From Escherichia coli phage phiS, in sequence record PP449093.1: 64,000 nt of DNA; one strand, 5' to 3'. Shown in pieces: positions 1 through 7,896 of this stretch. The position numbers and the translations under genes were made by a program. Numbering within the stretch: position 1 is the stretch's first letter; each line of letters starts with the position of its first letter. The notes beneath the pieces were generated by a model. The model was given only the letters and a program-made list of their open reading frames with translations. It was not told the origin of the DNA and ran no database searches.

Positions 1-426
1 ATAAAAACGACGATAAAACTATAAACGATGCATCTAACCTTGAGTGGGGAACTAACAGCGAAAACACGAAAGAAGGTTACGAAAACGGATGTTACAAGTT
101 CAAACGTCGATCATATAAGGTTACTGTTATCCATAAGGAAACCGGACAGGAACAGACATTTAAAAGCGTGAGAAGCCTTTCTGAAACATTGGGCTTACAT
201 CGTAAAAATGTATCTGCAATTCTTGATGGTCGGAAAACCAATACTTATGAATACGAGTTCCGCTATGAAATGCCTAACGACTAGCCGTGATGAATGTAGC
301 GGCGTAGGGTCAAGCGATCCGAAATGGTAGACTATCGAAAGATAGAAGATATAGTCTGATCTGCATGGCGACATGCAGCAGCCGAAAGGCGGGGGTAGAG
401 TAGCGACCTACCCTGAACAAATAATG
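1..426 (+). mobile_element. Group I intron, 3' portion, carrying a homing-endonuclease ORF and interrupting nrdD; 5' end lies outside the window
   Basis: After the ORF stop at 284 come GNRA-loop hairpins (ctatcGAAAgatag, ctgcatgGCGAcatgcag) and an S-element-like AAGATATAGTCT paired with upstream GACTAT (P7-like). The region ends in G just before the nrdD reading frame resumes. T4 nrdD is known to contain a group I intron. Confidence 0.55.
3..284 (+). CDS. Intron-encoded homing endonuclease, C-terminal fragment (start upstream of window)
   Basis: Open frame from the window edge to TAG at 282-284. The translation ...FKSVRSLSETLGLHRKNVSAILDGRKTNTYEYEF resembles the helix-turn-helix DNA-binding tail of GIY-YIG/HNH homing endonucleases. 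Confidence 0.45.
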   Translation, partial: KNDDKTINDASNLEWGTNSENTKEGYENGCYKFKRRSYKVTVIHKETGQEQTFKSVRSLSETLGLHRKNVSAILDGRKTNTYEYEFRYEMPND

Positions 427-1419
427 TGTAGAAGTTTCTTAGGTGTGTGGCATAATGAGAAAGGCGAGGAAGTATTAGACGGACGTAATAACTTAGGTGT
501 TGTGACTCTGAATCTTCCGCGTATTGCCCTTATTGCCGCTCGTCGTGCTGGTAAAGCGTCTGTAATGCGCAGAATTGAGCTATTCGAACAAGAGCTAGCT
601 AATCGTATGCCTATTTGCTTTGATGCTCTCATGAGTCGCGTAGACGCTTTAAAAGGCGCTAAAGCCAATGTTGCTCCGGTGCTGTATACAGAAGGTGCAT
701 TTTTCCGTATTCATCAAAACGATGAAATTTTGGAAGTGTTGAAAGATGGTCGCGCTAGTATCTCTCTTGGATATATTGGTTTACATGAGGTATTGAGCGT
801 CCTGTTTGGTGTTCATCCGTTTGATTCGGAAGATGCGCAGCGATACGGTAAACATATTCTTAAGATCTTGCGTCATTATACTGAAAAATGGAAGGATGAA
901 ACCGGACTTGGGTTTAGTCTTTACGGTACGCCAGCCGAGAGCCTTTGCTATCGATTTAATCGACTGGACCGAGAGCAATTTGGTATTGTTAAGGGTGCTA
1001 CCGATAAAGACTGGTACACCAACTCATTCCACCTTGACGTAGACCGGAAAGTCACACCATTTGAGAAAATCGACTTTGAGAAAGATTATCACTGGCTGGC
1101 GTCCGGTGGCATGATCTCTTATGTTGAGTTCCCAGACATGAAAAACAACCTGAAAGGGCTTGAAACTGTAGTAGACTATGCAATGGATAAATTGCACTAC
1201 TTCGGTGTTAATACTCCTTCTGATGTATGTCATGTATGCGGATCTACTAAGGAAATGAGAGCGACCGAGTCTGGCTTTGTTTGTCCTGATTGCGGCAATG
1301 ACAATCTGGAAAAGATGAATGTTATCCGTCGCGTTAGTGGATATCTTGGATCTGTTGATCTGCGTCCATTTAACCACGGGAAACACTCCGAGATGGTAAA
1401 CCGCGTTAAGCATATGTAA
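427..1419 (+). CDS. nrdD: Anaerobic ribonucleoside-triphosphate reductase NrdD, exon 2 (C-terminal part)
   Basis: Glycine-radical motif RVSGYLG near the C-terminus and a Zn-ribbon CHVCGSTKEM...CPDCG. Position is upstream of nrdG as in T4. The 5' boundary is an inferred splice site; the track ORF 373..1419 begins inside the intron. Confidence 0.85.
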   Translation, partial: CRSFLGVWHNEKGEEVLDGRNNLGVVTLNLPRIALIAARRAGKASVMRRIELFEQELANRMPICFDALMSRVDALKGAKANVAPVLYTEGAFFRIHQNDEILEVLKDGRASISLGYIGLHEVLSVLFGVHPFDSEDAQRYGKHILKILRHYTEKWKDETGLGFSLYGTPAESLCYRFNRLDREQFGIVKGATDKDWYTNSFHLDVDRKVTPFEKIDFEKDYHWLASGGMISYVEFPDMKNNLKGLETVVDYAMDKLHYFGVNTPSDVCHVCGSTKEMRATESGFVCPDCGNDNLEKMNVIRRVSGYLGSVDLRPFNHGKHSEMVNRVKHM

Positions 1420-1424
1420 TTTTC

Positions 1425-1451
1425 AGCCGATCCGAAAGGGTCGGCTTTTTC
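1425..1451 (+). terminator. Intrinsic terminator after nrdD
   Basis: Hairpin agccga-tccgaaaggg-tcggct followed by TTTTT. Confidence 0.6.
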
Positions 1452-1462
1452 GTTTTGGGGTG

Positions 1463-1490
1463 TTGACAACATGATTAGCTAATGTATAAT
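1463..1490 (+). promoter_or_regulatory. Sigma70-like early promoter (TTGACA, 16-nt spacer, TATAAT), followed by a conserved CATCGAAAACAA leader
   Basis: TTGACA at 1463-1468 and TATAAT at 1485-1490. The leader acatcgaaaacaacgagagga recurs at three other sites. Confidence 0.55.
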
Positions 1491-1519
1491 GCTCACATCG
1501 AAAACAACGAGAGGACAAC

Positions 1520-1705
1520 ATGATGATGTTTTGTGTACTGAACAAAGAAGTTAAACTTCGTAAACTGGAAATTGGCGATGGTGTTGTTGTTAAAATGCAC
1601 GCTAGCACATTGACTAGTTTTAATTTAAAGGAAAGTTTTTTATTAGAGGAACGGTGGTTAATATCTGCTGGAGTAAAGGCGAAGGAATCCGTAGCTTTTG
1701 CGTAA
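1520..1705 (+). CDS. Hypothetical protein (61 aa)
   Basis: ORF with RBS GAGAGG just downstream of the promoter. It overlaps the next ORF in another frame. Confidence 0.3.
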   Translation: MMMFCVLNKEVKLRKLEIGDGVVVKMHASTLTSFNLKESFLLEERWLISAGVKAKESVAFA

Positions 1706-2058
1706 TTGACGATGATAATAACCTGTATGTGATTCGCTATCATAATAATTCTGTATTGGTCTATACCGACAATTCACGAGAATTATATACTCTTGAATTT
1801 GTTAAGCGTACTGATTGCGACCGATTTGTTCGTGCTTATGAAGAAGATGGCTGTTTTGCGACTGAAACAGAAACAAATGAATATGTTCCTATGGAAGTAG
1901 GGGCAGAAATTAAACACAAGATCACGGATCGTATTTTTAAGGTTGTGGCGGTTGCTCATACTCAATTTGTAGCGCAAGCGCCGGATGAAGAATTTATTAT
2001 CTACAATATTGGTAATGCAAGTTCTCATTTTCATAATGTACTATATCGCGACCTTTGA
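1654..2058 (+). CDS. Hypothetical protein (134 aa)
   Basis: ORF from the track. Its start is unclear (non-ATG at 1654), so it may be joined to 1520..1705 by a frameshift. Confidence 0.4.
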   Translation: MVNICWSKGEGIRSFCVIDDDNNLYVIRYHNNSVLVYTDNSRELYTLEFVKRTDCDRFVRAYEEDGCFATETETNEYVPMEVGAEIKHKITDRIFKVVAVAHTQFVAQAPDEEFIIYNIGNASSHFHNVLYRDL

Positions 2059-2075
2059 TAATGTGTGAGGTGAAT

Positions 2076-2603
2076 ATGAAATCATTAAACCGTAAGCGTA
2101 AAGCACAACGACACAAAGAACGAGCTAAAAAGATTGCTATTGAACTGGTTGAGCGTGAGGATAGCTATTTGTCTACGGGTCGTTTGTATACATTCCATGC
2201 ATTGATTGATGGTAAGCCAGTGTTGCATAATCATGATTGTTTGGCACTCTTTCACGAAATCAAACCAATTCATCGTGAATGGGATGACAACAAAGCAAAA
2301 GGTCAATATTTCCTTACTTGTTCGTGTGGTCATGCTGGATGTGCTGGATATTGGGAACCTGTTACTATCCGTGAGAAAAATGATACCATTCAATGGGTCG
2401 CCCGTACCCGCGATGGTTATGATAAAGGTGCTGATGGTACTGGAGATAACGTAGTTTACTTTAATCGTGATTGGTATTATATGGCGCGATGTATGATCCT
2501 GTTTTATCTTGACTCGATGCCGTATGAATATTTCAGTTTCCAGAATGGGACCGAACTGACAGGGAAGGAATGGTCTGACTACATTCGAAAAAATTTAAAA
2601 TAA
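2076..2603 (+). CDS. Hypothetical Cys/His-rich protein (175 aa)
   Basis: ATG at 2076 preceded by GAGGTG. Contains CSCGHAGCAG and a basic N-terminus. Confidence 0.55.
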   Translation: MKSLNRKRKAQRHKERAKKIAIELVEREDSYLSTGRLYTFHALIDGKPVLHNHDCLALFHEIKPIHREWDDNKAKGQYFLTCSCGHAGCAGYWEPVTIREKNDTIQWVARTRDGYDKGADGTGDNVVYFNRDWYYMARCMILFYLDSMPYEYFSFQNGTELTGKEWSDYIRKNLK

Positions 2604-2607
2604 ATGC

Positions 2608-2636
2608 TTGACGGGGATCGCGAGATCCCCTATACT
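2608..2636 (+). promoter_or_regulatory. Early promoter with stem-loop in the spacer (TTGACG ... TATACT)
   Basis: TTGACG, then the 17-nt spacer ggggatcgcgagatcccc forming a hairpin, then TATACT. Confidence 0.5.
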
Positions 2637-2678
2637 ATATTCATCAAGACGAGATACAACTTTACAGGAGAATCAAAT

Positions 2679-2831
2679 ATGTGGACTTTACTGATTTGGG
2701 AAACTGAAAACGCACAAGTAGAAATCCGTGAATACGAATACCTAAGCCCAGCTTATCTATTAGCATCTCGCGGTGGTTACTATAAAGCGCAGATTGTAAA
2801 CGAGTTCGGGGTAATTGAATATGAGTTCTGA
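2679..2831 (+). CDS. Hypothetical small protein (50 aa)
   Basis: ATG at 2679 after RBS AGGAG. It overlaps the nrdG start. Confidence 0.35.
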   Translation: MWTLLIWETENAQVEIREYEYLSPAYLLASRGGYYKAQIVNEFGVIEYEF

Positions 2832-3324
2832 TACATACGGCAAACTACGCTATGCCGATATTAAAGATTGTGATATGGTTAACGGTGAGGGAGTGAGAGT
2901 CTCCCTTTACGTTACCGGATGTTCACACGCATGTGATGGTTGCTTTAATGCTAGCCTACTCAATCCTAAGAACGGGGAACCATTCACCGATGATACAATG
3001 GGATTGATTCTGGATCTGCTTAGACCTGATTTTATTCAGGGGCTAACATTCTTAGGTGGCGATCCACTGTATAAACGCAATTTAAAGGGTGTACAGCGGA
3101 TCATCGATGAAGTAAAATCATGGATGCCAAATAAAGATATTTGGCTATGGTCTGGTTATACCCTTGACCAATTGAATGATGAGCAAAGAAAAATTGTAGA
3201 ATCAGTTGACATGTTCATCGATGGGCGTTATATTAAAGATATGCCAACGAAGAAGCCGTGGCGGGGGTCTGACAATCAAGTACAATACAAGATTGTTAAT
3301 AGTATTCCAGTGAAAATTATTTGA
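2815..3324 (+). CDS. nrdG: Anaerobic ribonucleotide reductase activating protein NrdG (radical SAM)
   Basis: CxxxCxxC cluster GCSHACDGC, then KDIWLWSGY and IDGRYIKDMPTKKPWRGSDNQ, matching T4 NrdG as I recall it. Adjacent to nrdD. Confidence 0.85.
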   Translation: MNMSSDTYGKLRYADIKDCDMVNGEGVRVSLYVTGCSHACDGCFNASLLNPKNGEPFTDDTMGLILDLLRPDFIQGLTFLGGDPLYKRNLKGVQRIIDEVKSWMPNKDIWLWSGYTLDQLNDEQRKIVESVDMFIDGRYIKDMPTKKPWRGSDNQVQYKIVNSIPVKII

Positions 3325-3334
3325 GGTGATTATT

Positions 3335-3859
3335 ATGGAATGGGAAGTTGGTAAAACTTACAAGATTGAATGCGAAGCGTCGAAAGCCGAACTGACTAAA
3401 TTTTCGTCGTCTATTAACAGATGTATTGTTGACTTGTTGGCTGGTCGCCCGTTTAGGGTAGAAGACCTTGACGATGATGGTGATGTTAGAGAAATTACTA
3501 TTATTGGTAGTAATTTCGACTCTATGACGTTAAAAGAATCCCCTATTGGCTGTTCCGGTGTGTGGTTTTGGTCGGGTGAGCGTCGTTTCTTTACCGAAGT
3601 TACTATTGAACCTAAGATTCCAGATTCGGAAGAAAAAGAAGACCTAACTTTAGAACGCCTGGGTCTGCTTATGGAAGCCTACGACATTCAGTTGATCGAT
3701 AAGATGGGGTTACATAATAGCATTGCCAAAATTACTACCCTAGAAGGTATTAAGAGCGTACTGGATGGTATGCCTAGCCGGATCGGTGCTATCCGAGAAT
3801 ACAAACAAACGCGCGACCGTATGATCCAATTAGAATCACGTATCAAAAATGAGAGATGA
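3335..3859 (+). CDS. Paralog family member 1 (WExGKTY ... RRFFxEV domain), function unknown
   Basis: Starts MEWEVGKTYKIE and contains WFWSGERRFFTEV. RBS GAGGTGA. Shares its domain with the next three genes. Confidence 0.65.
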   Translation: MEWEVGKTYKIECEASKAELTKFSSSINRCIVDLLAGRPFRVEDLDDDGDVREITIIGSNFDSMTLKESPIGCSGVWFWSGERRFFTEVTIEPKIPDSEEKEDLTLERLGLLMEAYDIQLIDKMGLHNSIAKITTLEGIKSVLDGMPSRIGAIREYKQTRDRMIQLESRIKNER

Positions 3860-3863
3860 TATT

Positions 3864-4328
3864 ATGAAATGGGAAGCTGGTAAGACCTATGCGTGGAAAG
3901 ATGTAAAAGATGCAAACCAATTTTTTAAATGGTATGATGTTGATTATTTGAAATATCTGCGATTACCGTTTAAAGTTGCGTCGGTTGATGCGAAAAAAGG
4001 ATACGTGCGGTCTGTTTATCTTCATGATGGAACTTATATGAGTTCAACCGATGTAGGTCTATCTTGTTGGTTTCTGGATCATGACCGTAGCAGATTTGAA
4101 GAAATTATTATTCCAGAAGAATCTAAATTAATTGATCTTCTCAAGTTGGCGATGGATAATTATAAAATCCGCTTTGAATGCAAATCACATGCGGCTATCG
4201 GTGCTAACGCCTTGCGTCATATCTCCAGTTTTGAAGAGTTGAAAGATTTTCTTGACAAAATGCCGGAAAGGGTGCAAGCTATACAGGAAGCAGAGAAAGC
4301 ATTAAACGAACTTGATAAAATCGGTTAA
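3864..4328 (+). CDS. Paralog family member 2
   Basis: Starts MKWEAGKTYAWKD and contains CWFLDHDRSRFEEI. C-terminal helical tail FLDKMPERVQ. Confidence 0.65.
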   Translation: MKWEAGKTYAWKDVKDANQFFKWYDVDYLKYLRLPFKVASVDAKKGYVRSVYLHDGTYMSSTDVGLSCWFLDHDRSRFEEIIIPEESKLIDLLKLAMDNYKIRFECKSHAAIGANALRHISSFEELKDFLDKMPERVQAIQEAEKALNELDKIG

Positions 4329-4340
4329 GGGGAATATATT

Positions 4341-5165
4341 ATGAAATGGGAAATTGGTAAAACTTACACCTGGAAAGACGAAAACGCTAAAACTGAGTTT
4401 ATTACTAACGGAGAAGGTGTTCTTTCTCCACTTAACAGCGATATTAGTGCAGCTATTGGTGACACGCCATTTACCATCATCGAGATCGATGGCAACGGTT
4501 GGATTAATGCAATAGAGCTAGACGGTGTTTATCATACGGCGAAAACTGCTACAGGAAAAGACATTTGGACTGCAACATATTTCTTTAGTCCATTCGATAG
4601 AAAATTCTTTCGTGAAGTTGAAGAAGTTCCCCAGAAATGGGAAGTTGGTAAAACTTATACTTGGAAAGATGCGAATGCTATGACCGACTTCTGTCATTAT
4701 GCTGAAAACGTATCTAATCTTAATTATGTTATTGCACGAGCAATAAATTATAGACCTTTTACTGTTAAAAATGTTAGTCCATGTGGGCAAATTGATGTAA
4801 TTGAAATTGATGGTAAAGACCATACTCTAATGAGCGCAACCGAAGATAGAGACCATAAAGGAACTAGCTGGTTTATTGATTCTGATAGAAAATTCTTTCG
4901 TGAAGTAGAAGAATTGGAAGTTATAACCACTGATTCTAAAATCGTTGGACAGTTGAAACGTCTGTTTAGTAGTCGTTACGGCCTGACAATGGTTAAATTT
5001 GGCGAAGCAAATGAAGGTAAAACCTTTGAACGTTTCGATGACTTCATTACAGCACTTGACAAGATGGATGAAATCATGCAAGATCGCCAGAAGATTAAAG
5101 ACCTTCAAGAAGACATTAAACGTCGTGAAGTTGAATTTTTGATTGGTAAAGAGCGAGGTTGGTAA
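4341..5165 (+). CDS. Paralog family member 3, carrying two tandem copies of the domain
   Basis: MKWEIGKTYTWKD...FDRKFFREVEEV, then a second copy KWEVGKTYTWKD...SDRKFFREVEEL. Confidence 0.7.
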   Translation: MKWEIGKTYTWKDENAKTEFITNGEGVLSPLNSDISAAIGDTPFTIIEIDGNGWINAIELDGVYHTAKTATGKDIWTATYFFSPFDRKFFREVEEVPQKWEVGKTYTWKDANAMTDFCHYAENVSNLNYVIARAINYRPFTVKNVSPCGQIDVIEIDGKDHTLMSATEDRDHKGTSWFIDSDRKFFREVEELEVITTDSKIVGQLKRLFSSRYGLTMVKFGEANEGKTFERFDDFITALDKMDEIMQDRQKIKDLQEDIKRREVEFLIGKERGW

Positions 5166-5166
5166 T

Positions 5167-5664
5167 ATGTTTGTTGATGGTAATATGTTTGTTGTTGGTA
5201 TGACCTATCAGTGGAAAAACGAGCGAGCGCGGAAAGCCTTTGCAACCAGTGTTGCAAATGATGCAATAGCAGACTTTATCGGTGACCGTACATTTAAAGT
5301 TATCGCTTTTGAAAAAATTGCGTCAGATATCGAATATGTTTCTGCGATTGAAATTGATGGAAAAACATACACCTGTCGAGATGTTGATGATGTACGGGAA
5401 TACGCGCACAACTGGTTTTTGCAATCCGAAGAACGTTATTTTAAAGTGGTGTCGTCAGAACTGACTACTGATGCAATGTTGGAACAATTTTTCAACAACT
5501 ACGAAGTTTCTGTACGTCGCTATGGCGAAGAAGAAGTGTTTAAAATCGATGATTACAATCAGTTTAAACGAGTATTCGCCACTAAGTTACAGCGTGATTT
5601 TGAACGCGAGAATCGAATCAAGGAACTGGAAGAAGAACTAGAAAGATTAAAGGCTGAGAAATGA
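5167..5664 (+). CDS. Paralog family member 4 (divergent)
   Basis: MFVDGNMFVVGMTYQWKNE...NWFLQSEERYFKVV with a coiled-coil tail. The gene starts with an 18-nt near-tandem duplication. Confidence 0.6.
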   Translation: MFVDGNMFVVGMTYQWKNERARKAFATSVANDAIADFIGDRTFKVIAFEKIASDIEYVSAIEIDGKTYTCRDVDDVREYAHNWFLQSEERYFKVVSSELTTDAMLEQFFNNYEVSVRRYGEEEVFKIDDYNQFKRVFATKLQRDFERENRIKELEEELERLKAEK

Positions 5665-5930
5665 TCGAGATATACGGCATACCGAAAGAGGCTTATCATT
5701 GTTATGGTTGTATTAGTGCAATGAAGCTACTGGATGATCTGGGTATTCCGTATACACTTAAACCAGTATTCAAGCAGGTCGGGGTTGACATTATTCCCGA
5801 CCGTGATATGATTGAAGAACTGGCGGGGAGGCTGAACTCAAAGAGCCTCCGGTTTGTATACCCCCAGATATTCATTGACAACGAGCACATTGGAGGCTAT
5901 AAAGAACTGAGGGCGATTTATGATTATTGA
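5661..5930 (+). CDS. nrdC: Glutaredoxin/thioredoxin-like protein NrdC
   Basis: 89 aa with CYGC redox motif and glutaredoxin-like C-terminus ...IGGYKEL. T4-like position near the nrd genes. Confidence 0.75.
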   Translation: MIEIYGIPKEAYHCYGCISAMKLLDDLGIPYTLKPVFKQVGVDIIPDRDMIEELAGRLNSKSLRFVYPQIFIDNEHIGGYKELRAIYDY

Positions 5931-6078
5931 GAATTTAGTTTCGGTATTCATTATTGCTTTATTTGCTATAATGGCTTTACCGTTGAAGAAGTGTAAACAC
6001 TGTAACGGAACAGGATTGCGTGGTGATGGGTGTTGCGCTCATTGTCATGGATCTGGTAAAGTAAGTATCATTAAGTAA
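5920..6078 (+). CDS. Small membrane-anchored protein with DnaJ-type CxxCxGxG zinc-finger repeats (52 aa)
   Basis: My own translation, not in the track: hydrophobic N-terminus VSVFIIALFAIMALP, then CKHCNGTGLRGDGCCAHCHGSGK. Start overlaps the nrdC stop. Confidence 0.4.
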   Translation: MIIENLVSVFIIALFAIMALPLKKCKHCNGTGLRGDGCCAHCHGSGKVSIIK

Positions 6079-6099
6079 TTCTTGAGTGAGGAATATATT

Positions 6100-6387
6100 A
6101 TGTTAGTACACAATGCAATCGCACACATGGTTTATTCTCGATTTGGGCGCAGGGAAGAAATCAATATTACCGACGCAGATTTAGATCTGATGCAAGTCGA
6201 AGGCCAGACATATCTGAAAAATAACGGCGTGAATATCGGTAAAGCGCGTGTGCGTGAATTGTTGGTTGAATATATTCTCTCTGAATTTGGCATTAGTGCT
6301 TTCGGTGTGAAAGAGCTTGCACCTAAGCGCGAAATTTCTGATAAAATGATCAAGAAATGCCAGAAAGCACGACGTAAGGGTTTCTAA
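6100..6387 (+). CDS. Hypothetical protein (95 aa)
   Basis: ATG at 6100 after GAGGAA. Confidence 0.5.
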   Translation: MLVHNAIAHMVYSRFGRREEINITDADLDLMQVEGQTYLKNNGVNIGKARVRELLVEYILSEFGISAFGVKELAPKREISDKMIKKCQKARRKGF

Positions 6388-7856
6388 TGAAGATTGAAAC
6401 ATTAATCGCATTGCCAGCGGCGGGGAAAACTGATGCTATACTTTCCCACGTCCTAGAGACAAAAGAAAAAGCGGTTATTGCTTCGCCATCTCGTGTTTTA
6501 AGTGAACAATCTTACAATAAGTTTAAAAGAATGGGCGGTCGTGCTGTCTTGATCGATAGCACAAGACTAAGAAGCCTTAAGACAGTGCAAGCGTCGATAA
6601 TGCAATCAGTTAAAGACGGTGCTGATGTGATATTCATTACACATACAGCGTTATCTAATATGGAACGTTCAAAAATGTTTGGTGAATATGCTCTTTACAT
6701 TGATGAAGTTCCTCAACTGGTTGAATTTAATGAGTATCCGTTTAAGTCTAATCTTGAACTTATCACGAAGCATTGCGAACCAATCGCCGACGAATCGGAA
6801 TGCCTACAGAACTTAGTTCTAAAAGACTCTGAGAAGGCCGCTATCAAAGAAAAGATAGAAAGTGCAAAGGATGGTACTGATATGATCGATTCTTCTCTTA
6901 GAGGGCTTTATGAGGCGTTATTAGAGAAGAAAATCAACGTTATGGTAAAACATAACGAAGGACACCGGAAGAATGGGTCGAAAATTGTTTTCTTGAACGA
7001 TAACAAACACGGTACGTGGGGAGACTTTAAAAAGGTTACGATAGCATGTGCAAATCTCTTTGATACATATAGTGGGAAGTATCTACGATACTATGCAAAT
7101 TGCGATTTTGTTCCGAGTGCGCTAGAATCCAGACTATATTTCAAAGAGTATAAAAATACAGATAGAGTTAATATCATCCTTATGACGGACTCCGAACGAT
7201 GGTCGCGTCACCAGTCAGAAACAAACAATACCTTTGAACGTCTTGTTGATATGGTTAAAAATGAATGTGGTGATGACTTCATTTATACCGTTAATCGGGA
7301 CCGTGAAGCGTGTACAAATGGTATTGGTGAGCGGATACCTTACGGATCTTATGGTCTTAACTCTTACATTCATCATAAAAATGTTGCTGTGATGTTCAGC
7401 TTTAACCCTCAACGATGGGAGATTGATATTTTAAAAGGTCTTGCTAATAGTTGTGATCTCCCGACAAATGAGTTTTTGAAAGCGCGTCATGTGTCTGATT
7501 ATCTGGAACCAGCATTTCAATTATGTTTGCGTTGTAACCTGAGAGACAACGAGAGCAAGGAGAATGTTAATCTATATGTTCCTGATTGGGCGTTGGTGGA
7601 TTATCTAAAAACGTTTCTACCTAATGCCAATGTAATAACAGACCGAATGATTCCGCTAGAATGTGGTGAGCGTAAAGGGCGAAAATCATTTAAAAAGATG
7701 TTCGACTTTAACGAGCAAGAGAATGCAAGATTTAACGGATTTAAGTACCGCATGAAGAAAAAAGGAAAAACTCTTGATCCGTCTGACGGTGAATCAGTAG
7801 AGATGGTTAGAGTGTGGATAACTAAGCAAAGAAAGTATAATGGCAATGGGGAATAG
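6387..7856 (+). CDS. P-loop NTPase of unknown function (489 aa)
   Basis: Walker A-like LPAAGKT near the N-terminus and Walker B-like ALYIDEV. No assignable family. Confidence 0.65.
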   Translation: MKIETLIALPAAGKTDAILSHVLETKEKAVIASPSRVLSEQSYNKFKRMGGRAVLIDSTRLRSLKTVQASIMQSVKDGADVIFITHTALSNMERSKMFGEYALYIDEVPQLVEFNEYPFKSNLELITKHCEPIADESECLQNLVLKDSEKAAIKEKIESAKDGTDMIDSSLRGLYEALLEKKINVMVKHNEGHRKNGSKIVFLNDNKHGTWGDFKKVTIACANLFDTYSGKYLRYYANCDFVPSALESRLYFKEYKNTDRVNIILMTDSERWSRHQSETNNTFERLVDMVKNECGDDFIYTVNRDREACTNGIGERIPYGSYGLNSYIHHKNVAVMFSFNPQRWEIDILKGLANSCDLPTNEFLKARHVSDYLEPAFQLCLRCNLRDNESKENVNLYVPDWALVDYLKTFLPNANVITDRMIPLECGERKGRKSFKKMFDFNEQENARFNGFKYRMKKKGKTLDPSDGESVEMVRVWITKQRKYNGNGE

Positions 7857-7896
7857 CCCGAAAGGGTTATTTCCTAAATAATAGCGAGGGTGCGAA

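Noticed and set aside
408-668. Minus-strand ORF (86 aa) overlapping nrdD
   Set aside because: It lies entirely inside a well-supported plus-strand gene, on the opposite strand, with no RBS and no recognisable product.
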